Positions 1 to 8,545 of a stretch of DNA of 64,000 bases are shown piece by piece. Source of the stretch: an uncultured virus (IMG/VR IMGVR_UViG_3300011756_000031) (Duplodnaviria; Heunggongvirae; Uroviricota; Caudoviricetes); IMG/VR virus record IMGVR_UViG_3300011756_000031; one strand, 5' to 3'. Within the stretch, counting starts at the first letter, position 1. Each line of letters opens with the position of its first letter. The notes under the pieces are model-generated. The model did not search any database. It had not been told where the DNA came from and was given only the letters and a program-made list of their open reading frames with translations. The translations under genes and the position numbers were made by a program.

Positions 1-1149
1 TTATTCTGATTCCACCTCGCAAGGAATTGTCCATTCAATTATAGTACCATTTACTGAACTTTTGTAATCCTTCAGTACCTCATTGATGTTACCTGTTTTT
101 CCTTTATAAATATAGCGTCCTTTAGATGAGAAAATGCCCATAAAACCATCACCTATAGAATCTATTACTGATTTTATATCATTTAAACCTTTCCCGCGAT
201 TGAGCTCACCTGTACGGGTCTCCTGAAGAGTAGTAGAGGCTTTAATATATGTAGAGTCCTTTACGTTTGTTAACGAAATACCAAGTTTACTGAATATGGC
301 TTTTAAGACACTTACGCCTTGCGTTTTAGGTAGTGTTGAAGGGATGCCCACACCTTTATCGCAAATTACAACTGTAAGTTGTTTTTCATGGATGCCAGCG
401 AATGTCCACCACTTTGCGGTATCATCGTCCTCAGTATGCATAATGTCATCAACATAAGCATGCTCGACGGAATTTGACATGGCTTCAGTAAAGCCTCTAT
501 AAAGCTTTTTGGATGATTTTTGCTCTAATTCTTTTTTTATCTCTACCATCATATCCTTCGCTAAAAGAGGCTCTGAGCATGAACCTGAAGTATATTTCCA
601 AAAGGTAACATCATCATAGCTTTCAGTTGGTCTTTTAGATTTTCTCAGTAAATCATAGAACCCAACTTGACATAAGATGCTCTCAATTTTCTTTTCTTTT
701 GGGTGGGAGAAATTAATAGCGTTTAATCCATTTTTGCTTTTTTTTGTTAATACATCAACTTCGGCTAAAAAAGAAAGCATTGCGGCAGCGCTTATTCTTT
801 TAGTTAAAGAAAAGTCAATATACACTCGATATCCTTTCATGACACAATCACGAAGATTTGCTAAGAATTTATTCATTTTTTCAAAATCATTATCATTGTA
901 ATAATTAATTGATTCAGGGGCTTTGAATTTTATTCTCTTGTTTTTTGATATGAGCTTCTTTTTTATTTTTAACGCTTTGCGAACCCGTTTATAATAATCG
1001 AGATTACGTTTTGCTTTCTCAAAAAGTTCCCAGTTCGCGCTTTTATGGTTATTGAAAATCTTTTTTTTCAATTTTGAAATTTGGCTGCGGTATGTTTTTT
1101 TTGTAACAACTCTTCTTTGTTGTTGATTCATTGGGTTTTTCCAGGTCAA
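1..1149 (-). CDS. STAS-like + GHKL (HATPase_c) ATP-binding protein, moron downstream of integrase
   Basis: N-box EAMSNSVEHA, G1 DKGVGI, G2 RGKGL, terminal GTII; STAS-like VYIDFSLTKRISAAAML; AT-rich; start TTG 1149 or ATG about 1131. Confidence 0.75.
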   Translation of the reverse strand: MTWKNPMNQQQRRVVTKKTYRSQISKLKKKIFNNHKSANWELFEKAKRNLDYYKRVRKALKIKKKLISKNKRIKFKAPESINYYNDNDFEKMNKFLANLRDCVMKGYRVYIDFSLTKRISAAAMLSFLAEVDVLTKKSKNGLNAINFSHPKEKKIESILCQVGFYDLLRKSKRPTESYDDVTFWKYTSGSCSEPLLAKDMMVEIKKELEQKSSKKLYRGFTEAMSNSVEHAYVDDIMHTEDDDTAKWWTFAGIHEKQLTVVICDKGVGIPSTLPKTQGVSVLKAIFSKLGISLTNVKDSTYIKASTTLQETRTGELNRGKGLNDIKSVIDSIGDGFMGIFSSKGRYIYKGKTGNINEVLKDYKSSVNGTIIEWTIPCEVESE

Positions 1150-1281
1150 AACATAATAGATCTATCATATTTCATATCCTGCCTTTTTTGTAGGCCCCAT
1201 CATGAGGATTTTAGACAAAGGCAACAAGAAAATGAGCAGGCTTTTTCTCTTATGATGAGAGTTTGGCCTGCTCCATTAGTG

Positions 1282-2472
1282 TTAACGCTTTTCAATTCCC
1301 TTGTTGAGCTGCGGTTGCGACGCGCATGAAGAGTGACCATCATACTCTGTAAGATATCTACCATAGTGACGGAACAACATTTCCGGTCCTTTGTGTCCCA
1401 TCTGACCAGCAAGCCAAAAAAGGTTTACACCTTGGCTGATGTACCGCGTAGCGAAAGTGTGTCGAGTCTGGTACGGGTTACGATAGCGTATGCCAGCTTT
1501 TCTAAGGGTTGGAACCCATGCTTTTTTGCGGATCGCGTCTGCGTTCGCCCATGGTTTTCCCGTTTTTGGGTCGCTGAATATGAACTCGCCTTTTATGCAG
1601 GTGAATAGTTTCTGTGACTGCAGGGCATCCAGAGCTTCACTGTTAAGTTCAACCTTACGTGTACCAGCTTTTGTCTTGGTGCCTTTGATTACACCAACAA
1701 CACTGGCGCTCTGGACGTGGACTGTCTTCCCTGCAAAATCAATATCACGCCAACGAAGAGCACATAATTCAGAACTACGCAGCCCGGTTTGGATAGCGAA
1801 ACGGAAAAGGTTCTCCCACTGCTTATTGCAAGCAGCCGAAAGCAAAGCGTTAACTTCTGCTGGTGATAGCGGATCTACCACATAGTTACTTTCAGCCACT
1901 GATTTATCACTCTGGTAGCGAGAAGCTGTAACGAGCGATACTGGATTAATCTGAAGCACACCATCCGTTACTGACTCATCCAGAGCAGAACGCAGGAATG
2001 ACAGTTGGTTTCGGATAGTCTTCAATGTCGTTTTCTGGCTCTGGATCCATGTCTTCAATGCTGCTGGTGTCAACTCACTTGCAGGAAAGATATGAAGTGA
2101 CGACAACGCACTTCGGCATTTTTTATATCCACCAATAGTGGAGGGCGAAAGATTTCTCGTTTCGCAGATCTTTAGATATTCATCGAGATACATTTTTACT
2201 GTTTTCCCGGCTGAAGTATTACCGAAGATTCTCAGACGTGCTGAACGAGGGAAGTATTCCGCATAGATAAACGTACCGCGTTCAATTTTATTGTGGATTT
2301 CGCCGAGTGTTCGCTCGGCATATTTGATGTTTTTACTGTTCACTTCGAGGTTCGAAAGTGGTTCTCGACATTTAACCCCTTTATAAGTGAACGTGATATT
2401 TATGGTTTCACCCTGGCTGTGCTTCCTGATGGTCACGCCGCGCGGGAGTTTAGGCGACTCTGTCTTGCCCAT
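1282..2472 (-). CDS. int: tyrosine recombinase / phage integrase
   Basis: TGLRSSEL, YQTRHTFA, QMGH...RHY catalytic motifs; N-terminal arm-binding domain. Confidence 0.97.
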   Translation of the reverse strand: MGKTESPKLPRGVTIRKHSQGETINITFTYKGVKCREPLSNLEVNSKNIKYAERTLGEIHNKIERGTFIYAEYFPRSARLRIFGNTSAGKTVKMYLDEYLKICETRNLSPSTIGGYKKCRSALSSLHIFPASELTPAALKTWIQSQKTTLKTIRNQLSFLRSALDESVTDGVLQINPVSLVTASRYQSDKSVAESNYVVDPLSPAEVNALLSAACNKQWENLFRFAIQTGLRSSELCALRWRDIDFAGKTVHVQSASVVGVIKGTKTKAGTRKVELNSEALDALQSQKLFTCIKGEFIFSDPKTGKPWANADAIRKKAWVPTLRKAGIRYRNPYQTRHTFATRYISQGVNLFWLAGQMGHKGPEMLFRHYGRYLTEYDGHSSCASQPQLNKGIEKR

Positions 2473-2639
2473 TTAGCTACCTCACTTAGATCAATCCATC
2501 TCTCCTTAACGCCTTCCACCTTCAGCACTTGAACTCCCTCCCGCCACACACCACGCTGCACGCGTTTATTGATGGCTTCGAGAGTCTCGCCTGTTTCACT
2601 GCAATAAGTTGAGATAGGGACACAATCGAGGTTCAGCAT
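2433..2639 (-). CDS. xis: excisionase-like protein
   Basis: 68-aa basic winged-helix-like protein overlapping the int start. Confidence 0.75.
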   Translation of the reverse strand: MLNLDCVPISTYCSETGETLEAINKRVQRGVWREGVQVLKVEGVKERWIDLSEVAKWARQSRLNSRAA

Positions 2640-2733
2640 AATTCCTCCACTTTACCGGCTGCACCCGGTCACTCTTTAAAAATACAGGTCCCGCAACCAT
2701 TGCGGGCCCAGTCACAACAACTACCACATCGGT

Positions 2734-3486
2734 TTACTTTTTTGTTTGTGGATCCTCCTGCTGCGGTGCTGCTGCAATCATCGCAGCCCAGCACAACTTA
2801 ACCCGGTGCGCCGCCTGCTCGCAGCCGCTCATAGCCTGGACTGTCTTCCATGCTTCTGGGTCACGGAATTCTTCACGTAGCTCTGCCTCGAAGCCGGCGA
2901 TGATCATGTTCTCTGTCGGCTCAACCGGCACAGACACCAACCCATTCGACATGCTGCTGGTCGACTCGACATTTTTTTGCAAGAAATCCAATGCCCGCAA
3001 GGGCTGGATGGTGGTTGGCGACTCAGCGTTTATAGTTTGACCTCGGGGCGCTGCGGCGCAGCTGGCGTTCCAGCCCTCCATCCAAATGAGTGCCGTGACG
3101 ATCGGTAATTGTTTAATTTCTTCTGGCAGCGTTTCAATGGTCATTTTGTTCGGCACTACTGGTGCGGGCGGCGGGGCGGCGGCATAGAGCGGGCCGGGAT
3201 CGACATCATGACGACGCCAGCGGATATCACAGGTCCTTTCCTCGGTCGGTGATGACCAGGCGACTACATCAGCCACCGGCTCCTGCTCCATACCATCCAG
3301 CAGCAGACGGGCCATATCACGCACCACCTCCGGAGTTGCCACGTCATCATTCAGGTAATCCCACGCGCGGATCATCCCGTCTGTGTTTTCTTTGGACATG
3401 TCTGGGTTTTCATCGGCCAGCGCCGTGATCACTTCTTCTGCGCTATCGATGATCTGCGTTAACTGCTCTTTGGTGAATTTAGCCAT
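2734..3486 (-). CDS. Eaa/Ead-like early phage protein
   Basis: EQEPVA...PLYAAAPPPAPVVP, GWNA and WAAMIAAAPQQE modules typical of lambdoid ea genes. Confidence 0.65.
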   Translation of the reverse strand: MAKFTKEQLTQIIDSAEEVITALADENPDMSKENTDGMIRAWDYLNDDVATPEVVRDMARLLLDGMEQEPVADVVAWSSPTEERTCDIRWRRHDVDPGPLYAAAPPPAPVVPNKMTIETLPEEIKQLPIVTALIWMEGWNASCAAAPRGQTINAESPTTIQPLRALDFLQKNVESTSSMSNGLVSVPVEPTENMIIAGFEAELREEFRDPEAWKTVQAMSGCEQAAHRVKLCWAAMIAAAPQQEDPQTKK

Positions 3487-3489
3487 GGA

Positions 3490-3693
3490 TTAGTCCGCCC
3501 AGTAAGTAAGTTCTTCCGCCAGGCGGTCATCTGCCTCGGCCTGATTCGGGATATCAGCATCGGTTTCAATGCTGGCTCCTGCAAAATCACGAGCGCAGGC
3601 TTTCCGGTGCTTGCGGTTACCCATGCCCCATTCTGGGTTTTTCAGCTCTTTGTTCCATGCGCGCAGCATGAGTTTCATTGGTGACTTAGACAT
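3490..3693 (-). CDS. hypothetical early phage protein
   Basis: Tightly packed ORF in the early-left operon (ATG at 3693). Confidence 0.55.
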   Translation of the reverse strand: MSKSPMKLMLRAWNKELKNPEWGMGNRKHRKACARDFAGASIETDADIPNQAEADDRLAEELTYWAD

Positions 3694-3694
3694 A

Positions 3695-4273
3695 TCAGCC
3701 CTCACTGTTGATGCTGCGGGCGGCGAGCCAGTTACGAACGCCGATATACTCAGAATTTCGGAAGCCGCTTTTGACGTAGATGAACGGCAGCCTAAGGTTG
3801 TGGCCGTTACACGTCAGGTAGTCTTTGCAGCCCTGTTCGGTGAAGCAGCAAGTTACGAATTCGTCTATCTCTTTAACTGCAACTCTGCGCCATTTTTCTG
3901 GCGGCTCGCGATAGTTTTCATGGAGCAATTCGAGGCGCATTCTTTGGCGTTCATTGGCCTCGTTCCCATCCTCATCAATCCACACGATGCGGTCATGGTC
4001 ATAGTCTTCATGAGCAACAATTTCTCGCTTCTGGTAAACGCAAAACATCGGCTCTGAGGTAACGCGATTATCCTGTGTTCGAATATTTTCACCGATGACA
4101 GCGAATGAATCAGGAGCAACCAAAGCATCCCTCTGCTTCGCCGTTTCGCGCTGCGCCACCAGTGCAACATCCAGTCGTGTGGCCAGCTCCCTTACCAGTT
4201 CTGCTGATGCTTTCGGCAAATAGCGTGCAGCGTGGTGGGCGGCGTGAATTAACTGAATATTGGTCAGGCGCAT
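3695..4273 (-). CDS. Ead/Ea22-like early protein
   Basis: ATG at 4273 overlaps the upstream stop; IGENIRTQDNR...FCVYQKREI module. Confidence 0.6.
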   Translation of the reverse strand: MRLTNIQLIHAAHHAARYLPKASAELVRELATRLDVALVAQRETAKQRDALVAPDSFAVIGENIRTQDNRVTSEPMFCVYQKREIVAHEDYDHDRIVWIDEDGNEANERQRMRLELLHENYREPPEKWRRVAVKEIDEFVTCCFTEQGCKDYLTCNGHNLRLPFIYVKSGFRNSEYIGVRNWLAARSINSEG

Positions 4274-4800
4274 TTGCGGATCCCCGTCAGTTCGTTGAAC
4301 CGGGCCATGAACAGACCGTAGGCCTGGCCGGGGCGAAGCGGGATAACGGTAAACAAGTCGGTCGGTGGGATGCCTTCGAGCACTGGCCACTCGGTACCAT
4401 CGTCGATATCCAGATCCCGGCGTTCGGTACCGAGCATGACCAGGTCGGCATACTTCACCGTATCGTGCTGGTGGGTCGGTAATCCGAACTTCGCACGGAT
4501 TTCGCTATCGACATACGCCTCGATACGCTGGTAATCCGGGAGCAGGCGTTTCAGCGGCGCCGGGATGTCCTGGCAATACGCTTCAGCAGCATCATGCAGC
4601 AGCGCTTCAAGCGCGAACTCTGCGGGAACCAGCTGGCTGACAAGCACCGAGTGCTGCGCGACGCTGTAGAACTCCGGCAGGTGGCCGGCAAAGCGGCAGA
4701 TGTGAGAAAGGGCAGTGGCAATATCCTCGATCACGATATCTTCGTGATGAATATTGAGGTAGTTAATATGCTTCCCGGATAGTGTCTGAATATATGACAT
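4264..4800 (-). CDS. HD-domain 5'-deoxynucleotidase, YfdR-like
   Basis: CRFAGH...YSVAQHS...ALLHDAAEAY HD motif; yfdPQR synteny. Confidence 0.85.
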   Translation of the reverse strand: MSYIQTLSGKHINYLNIHHEDIVIEDIATALSHICRFAGHLPEFYSVAQHSVLVSQLVPAEFALEALLHDAAEAYCQDIPAPLKRLLPDYQRIEAYVDSEIRAKFGLPTHQHDTVKYADLVMLGTERRDLDIDDGTEWPVLEGIPPTDLFTVIPLRPGQAYGLFMARFNELTGIRKCA

Positions 4801-4932
4801 TACGTGTTCTCCATTAATACGCGCTGCACCGCGCCTGATTTTTGGTTGAGCGAATCCCTCGCCTGCTGGCGATCGTTAATTTAATTTCGCTTCACTAAAT
4901 GCCCCTGATGCGGGGCATTTAAGGCAACGTAA

Positions 4933-5757
4933 TTAAGCGCTGAACGAGCCGATAAAGGTTTCCACTTGGCTGTCTTTGAACTTCTCGACCAGCAGATCAC
5001 GGAACTCGGTGGCCATATCTTCCTGCTGGGCTTCAAGCTGAACAATACGCAGTACAAGGGTAGGGCGATCGCCGCCGATGATGCTCAGTCGCAGCTTGAA
5101 CGGACGCTCCGCCAGGCCCTCGAACGGCACGCAGCGATACTCGAACGCCACCGGCATGATGTCCTGCGTGCGAGCTTCAACACTTTCCATCAAAGAGCGC
5201 TTGCCGCTGAAGTCCTGATCCTCGTAGTCTGCTTTCTGGATGGATTCGATAGTGATCTTGCGGATCGCCGCCGCAGACTTCTTCGCGTCGATCGTTTCGC
5301 CGTCGGCATCGAAGCCGAGCAGGTTTTCTGCCCAGTCTTCCAGCCACTCGGCCAGCTCTTTCTGGCTGTGGCGATCACCGTTGACTGAAAGCAGGGAGGC
5401 GAATGGGGCGGTCTTTTTCAGTGCCAGGTGCGCGGTGTTGTCTGCATGCCCTGGGCTTTCGATTGTGCCGAGGTTGAAGACTGCCGCTGCGCGCATATCG
5501 TCGGCGTTGATAAAGCAGCGACTACCTTCCGTAGCGTAGCCAGTGGAATAGCGCGTAAAGTCTTCAATGCTGGCGGTGACCATCTTGCCGCGGAAGCGGT
5601 AGCGCTCCAGGCAAAGCGATTCCAGGCTATCAATGCGGACACCCTGCGGAATGACAGCTGCAGGGCAATCCACGCTTTCGAGCTTCTCTTCCATGTATCG
5701 GGAGAGTGTCAGATCGCTAATTTTTTCGATCGCGGTACCGTCTAAAGAGTGAGACAT
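4933..5757 (-). CDS. YfdQ/DUF2303 family protein
   Basis: [23 protein letters not shown]; synteny. Confidence 0.8.
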   Translation of the reverse strand: MSHSLDGTAIEKISDLTLSRYMEEKLESVDCPAAVIPQGVRIDSLESLCLERYRFRGKMVTASIEDFTRYSTGYATEGSRCFINADDMRAAAVFNLGTIESPGHADNTAHLALKKTAPFASLLSVNGDRHSQKELAEWLEDWAENLLGFDADGETIDAKKSAAAIRKITIESIQKADYEDQDFSGKRSLMESVEARTQDIMPVAFEYRCVPFEGLAERPFKLRLSIIGGDRPTLVLRIVQLEAQQEDMATEFRDLLVEKFKDSQVETFIGSFSA

Positions 5758-5785
5758 GATTCTTCCTTAAGAAAATGTGAAAGGG

Positions 5786-6157
5786 TTACTGCTTGGCGCG
5801 CAGCTTCGCGTCGGCATCGCCGGCAAGAGTGAATAACTGGCCCTGATCTTCCTGAAGGATGGTCAGCTTACCGCCGCGGTTCACATACATTGGGGTTTCG
5901 GTGCTGTCCTCTTCAGAGGATTTGCCGCGAGGAGTCGGGCGTACATAAGCCAGCTTATGCTTGATCATCACGCGCTTCTCTTCGACGGAGTTGCTCATGC
6001 GGTCCAGCTCAAAGGTCAACGTAACTTTTCCCTTCTGGCCGTTGTTGAGCACGCCGAAGGCGACCTCACTCAGTGCCACGGCGATCTTGTTCTGGAACAC
6101 GCCGCCGTCCAGTTCGCCCATAAACTCGGGCACATCGGTCAAACGTTCATTACTCAT
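5786..6157 (-). CDS. YfdP-like phage protein
   Basis: TDVPEFMGELDGGVF...PTPRGK; ATG at 6157. Confidence 0.75.
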   Translation of the reverse strand: MSNERLTDVPEFMGELDGGVFQNKIAVALSEVAFGVLNNGQKGKVTLTFELDRMSNSVEEKRVMIKHKLAYVRPTPRGKSSEEDSTETPMYVNRGGKLTILQEDQGQLFTLAGDADAKLRAKQ

Positions 6158-6316
6158 CGGGTATACCCTCTGAAAACAGGCTGCTGACACAGCCGGGTTA
6201 GTTTCTCCACACAACACAGGAGAGCACCTGCACAATATCTCGACTGCAATCGCCTTATGTGCCCGGGGGGATTGGGTTATGAGCCCGTCGCCCGGTGATG
6301 CTCTCGTGTGTTGCGT

Positions 6317-6375
6317 AAAAAAATTGCGGCATCCTCACGGGTAGAGACAGATGCCGCCAAAGACAGCAACGCAGC
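6317..6375 (-). ncRNA. DicF-like small RNA / terminator in the pL leader
   Basis: Minus strand TTTGGCGGCATCTGTCTCTACCCGTGAGGATGCCGC plus U-tract resembles E. coli DicF (TTTGGCGGTATCAGTTTTACTCCGTGA...TGCCGC, recalled from memory); analogous position in the leader before the early-left genes. Confidence 0.55.
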
Positions 6376-6451
6376 TTTTACAGGTTTTAGGTTGTGATAT
6401 CGGGCCGCTGGCACATTTGCCATATGCGGTTGATTTCAAGATAATCATAAA

Positions 6452-6489
6452 TTGCGAGTAACGCAAGTAATAAAATGCATATTACGCAA
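6452..6489. promoter_or_regulatory. oL operator pair (putative CI sites)
   Basis: TTGCGAGTAACGCAA (6452-6466) and ATGCATATTACGCAA (6475-6489) match the oR repeats. Confidence 0.7.
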
Positions 6490-6543
6490 TTTATAGGTGC
6501 AAAAAAAAGACCTCATATGAAGTCTTTATTTGTGGGAGGCTTT

Positions 6544-7239
6544 CTATCCGTGGCGTTTGAAGGATTGTGACTGGCTGATCAAAACCTTTCCGTAGATGTA
6601 AAACCTATGCTCGTTATCCTTCGTAATGTTCCATTCTCTATACATAGGGTTGTCTGAAATAACCAGCAGCTGGTCTGGAATCATCTGAAGGCGCTTAACA
6701 TAAACTTTGCCGTCAAAACCAAACACATATATGCCATCACCATCAAATTCATTAATGTTTACATCAACAAAGATGAGATCACCAGGTTCAATAGTAGAAG
6801 CCATGCTGTCGCCACGAACATTGATGACTTTGACTCCAGACGACGTTCTGCCGCCAAACATAGCTAATGCCTGGTCGTTGCTGTATTCGATAGCATGGAT
6901 GACATCTATGACATCGCTACCCTGAATATGTCCTGCCCCGGCGCTTGCGCTCACATCAAGTACCTCGACTCTGTATACATCAGCAGCCTTACTGAATGGT
7001 GTATCGCTTCCACTGTTTATGTATACAGTAGTATCATTTTCAGCAGAGGTAAATAGGTCTGGGACACTGACGCTTAAAGCGTGAGCAAGTCTGTTAAGTG
7101 TTTGTTCTGAGAACTGCTTTTGTTTACCCGTTTCGAGGCGGGAAATATTGGCAGCATCAACCCCCACAGCCTCTGCAAGCTCTGCGATTTTTAAATTCTT
7201 CGCTAGGCGAAGTTGTCGTATGCGAGATCCTATATTCAT
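6544..7239 (-). CDS. cI: CI-like repressor (HTH + S24 peptidase)
   Basis: N-terminal HTH, ASAG cleavage site, RGDSM catalytic Ser, VKRL Lys. Confidence 0.95.
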   Translation of the reverse strand: MNIGSRIRQLRLAKNLKIAELAEAVGVDAANISRLETGKQKQFSEQTLNRLAHALSVSVPDLFTSAENDTTVYINSGSDTPFSKAADVYRVEVLDVSASAGAGHIQGSDVIDVIHAIEYSNDQALAMFGGRTSSGVKVINVRGDSMASTIEPGDLIFVDVNINEFDGDGIYVFGFDGKVYVKRLQMIPDQLLVISDNPMYREWNITKDNEHRFYIYGKVLISQSQSFKRHG

Positions 7240-7259
7240 GCGCCCATTACATGTTGTTT

Positions 7260-7322
7260 TTGCGTCTCATGCAAAGCAACTTGCGCAATTCGCTAACTTG
7301 CAATAACATGCGTAATACGCAA
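7260..7322. promoter_or_regulatory. oR operators / divergent pRM-pR region
   Basis: Three 15-bp imperfect palindromes TTGCGTCTCATGCAA, TTGCGCAATTCGCTA, ATGCGTAATACGCAA between cI and cro. Confidence 0.75.
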
Positions 7323-7336
7323 ATAAAGGAGGTATT

Positions 7337-7594
7337 ATGCAATCGCCGTTAAGAAAATTGCGCAAATCGCACGGTATGACCTTGTTGCATGTTGCGACTG
7401 GCGTACAGGTTGACCCAGCAACGTTGAGCCGCATTGAAAGATGCGAGCAAGTCCCCTCGGTTGAACTGGCGGAACGTCTTGCCAAGTTCTTTGAAGGAGA
7501 GATCAGTGAGTTGCACATTTTATACCCGAGTCGTTATCAAGCATCTGATGACGTAGCAGGCAAGGGTGATCGTAATGCAAACACAGCAGTCTGA
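7337..7594 (+). CDS. cro: Cro-like HTH regulator
   Basis: Divergent from cI; HTH (PATLSRIER); strong RBS AAGGAGG. Confidence 0.9.
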   Translation: MQSPLRKLRKSHGMTLLHVATGVQVDPATLSRIERCEQVPSVELAERLAKFFEGEISELHILYPSRYQASDDVAGKGDRNANTAV

Positions 7595-7616
7595 TTACTA
7601 CCAAAGGAAAAACAAC

Positions 7617-8087
7617 ATGGTAGAGCAAAGCTTGAAAGATGTAGTTAAGTCGATGTGCAAAGCCTATCCAGGCGGGCGTGAAGCGATGGCTGGCGCTCTG
7701 GGTATGAAGCTGTCTCAGTTCAATAACAACCTGTACGAGAAGAACGGCTGCCGCTTCTTTGAAGTAAACGAGCTGGAGGCTATGGAGGATATTTCGAACA
7801 CCTCATTTTTGGCCGATTACTTCGCTCAACGCCGAGGCGCGCTGCTGGTGGATGTGCCTCAGCTTGATGATCTCGACCGTGTGGACCTTTTTACTCGAGC
7901 CATGCGTACGGCAGCTGCGCGCGGGCGCGTAGATCAAATTATCCAGGCTGCTTTGGAAGATGGGGTAATCGAAGCACATGAAGCAGAAGAAATTCACGAA
8001 CATCACCGACGCCATCTGGCTGCGCGTGAAGAAGAAATTCGCGCAATCGTCGCATTGTTCAGCCGTAAGAAAAGCCAAAAGAAATGA
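7617..8087 (+). CDS. YmfL/CII-like regulatory protein
   Basis: YPGGREAMAGALG...FNNNLYEKNG motif; position after cro. Confidence 0.8.
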   Translation: MVEQSLKDVVKSMCKAYPGGREAMAGALGMKLSQFNNNLYEKNGCRFFEVNELEAMEDISNTSFLADYFAQRRGALLVDVPQLDDLDRVDLFTRAMRTAAARGRVDQIIQAALEDGVIEAHEAEEIHEHHRRHLAAREEEIRAIVALFSRKKSQKK

Positions 8088-8326
8088 CGCCCGCGAGTGT
8101 GCAGCTCCGGGCGCCGTGGCGTGTCGTATCAGTGGAGAAACTAACGCATGAACAGTTTAAACCGATTCAGACCAGCTAAGCAATTCCGTTGCCCGCCGCT
8201 GGTAGGGCGAAATGCCCCGTTCGGCTATGTGGAAAGAATACAAACAGCCGACGGTACCCACAACTACCAGTCACCGAGTGACGTGGTAGGGACATTTGCA
8301 GCAATGAATGACCAGGGGCGCAAAGC

Positions 8327-8545
8327 ATGGAACCTCTTGATCGGCGTTACCGAGACTACCGAGGAGTCGAAGTCAATGTCATCGGATACGACCGCGAACG
8401 GCGGCAAGTTATCTTCCTGCGAAAAGGCTACGAGCATGAATGCATGCAGCCTCTTGAGCGGTTCAGGGAAAAATTTAGCAGGATTAAGGTAGGTCCAGAT
8501 GAGCATGGAATTAATGGTCAGAGCCATGAAAGCAAAAGTGGGTAA
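8327..8545 (+). CDS. DUF4222-like phage protein
   Basis: DRRYRDYRG...VIFLRKGYEHEC..PLERF motif. Confidence 0.65.
   Translation: MEPLDRRYRDYRGVEVNVIGYDRERRQVIFLRKGYEHECMQPLERFREKFSRIKVGPDEHGINGQSHESKSG

Noticed and set aside
8148..8492. 114-aa ORF overlapping the DUF4222-like gene
   Set aside because: The 5' half has a good RBS and may be a real small gene, but no function is recognisable and the 3' half overlaps a better-supported gene; not called
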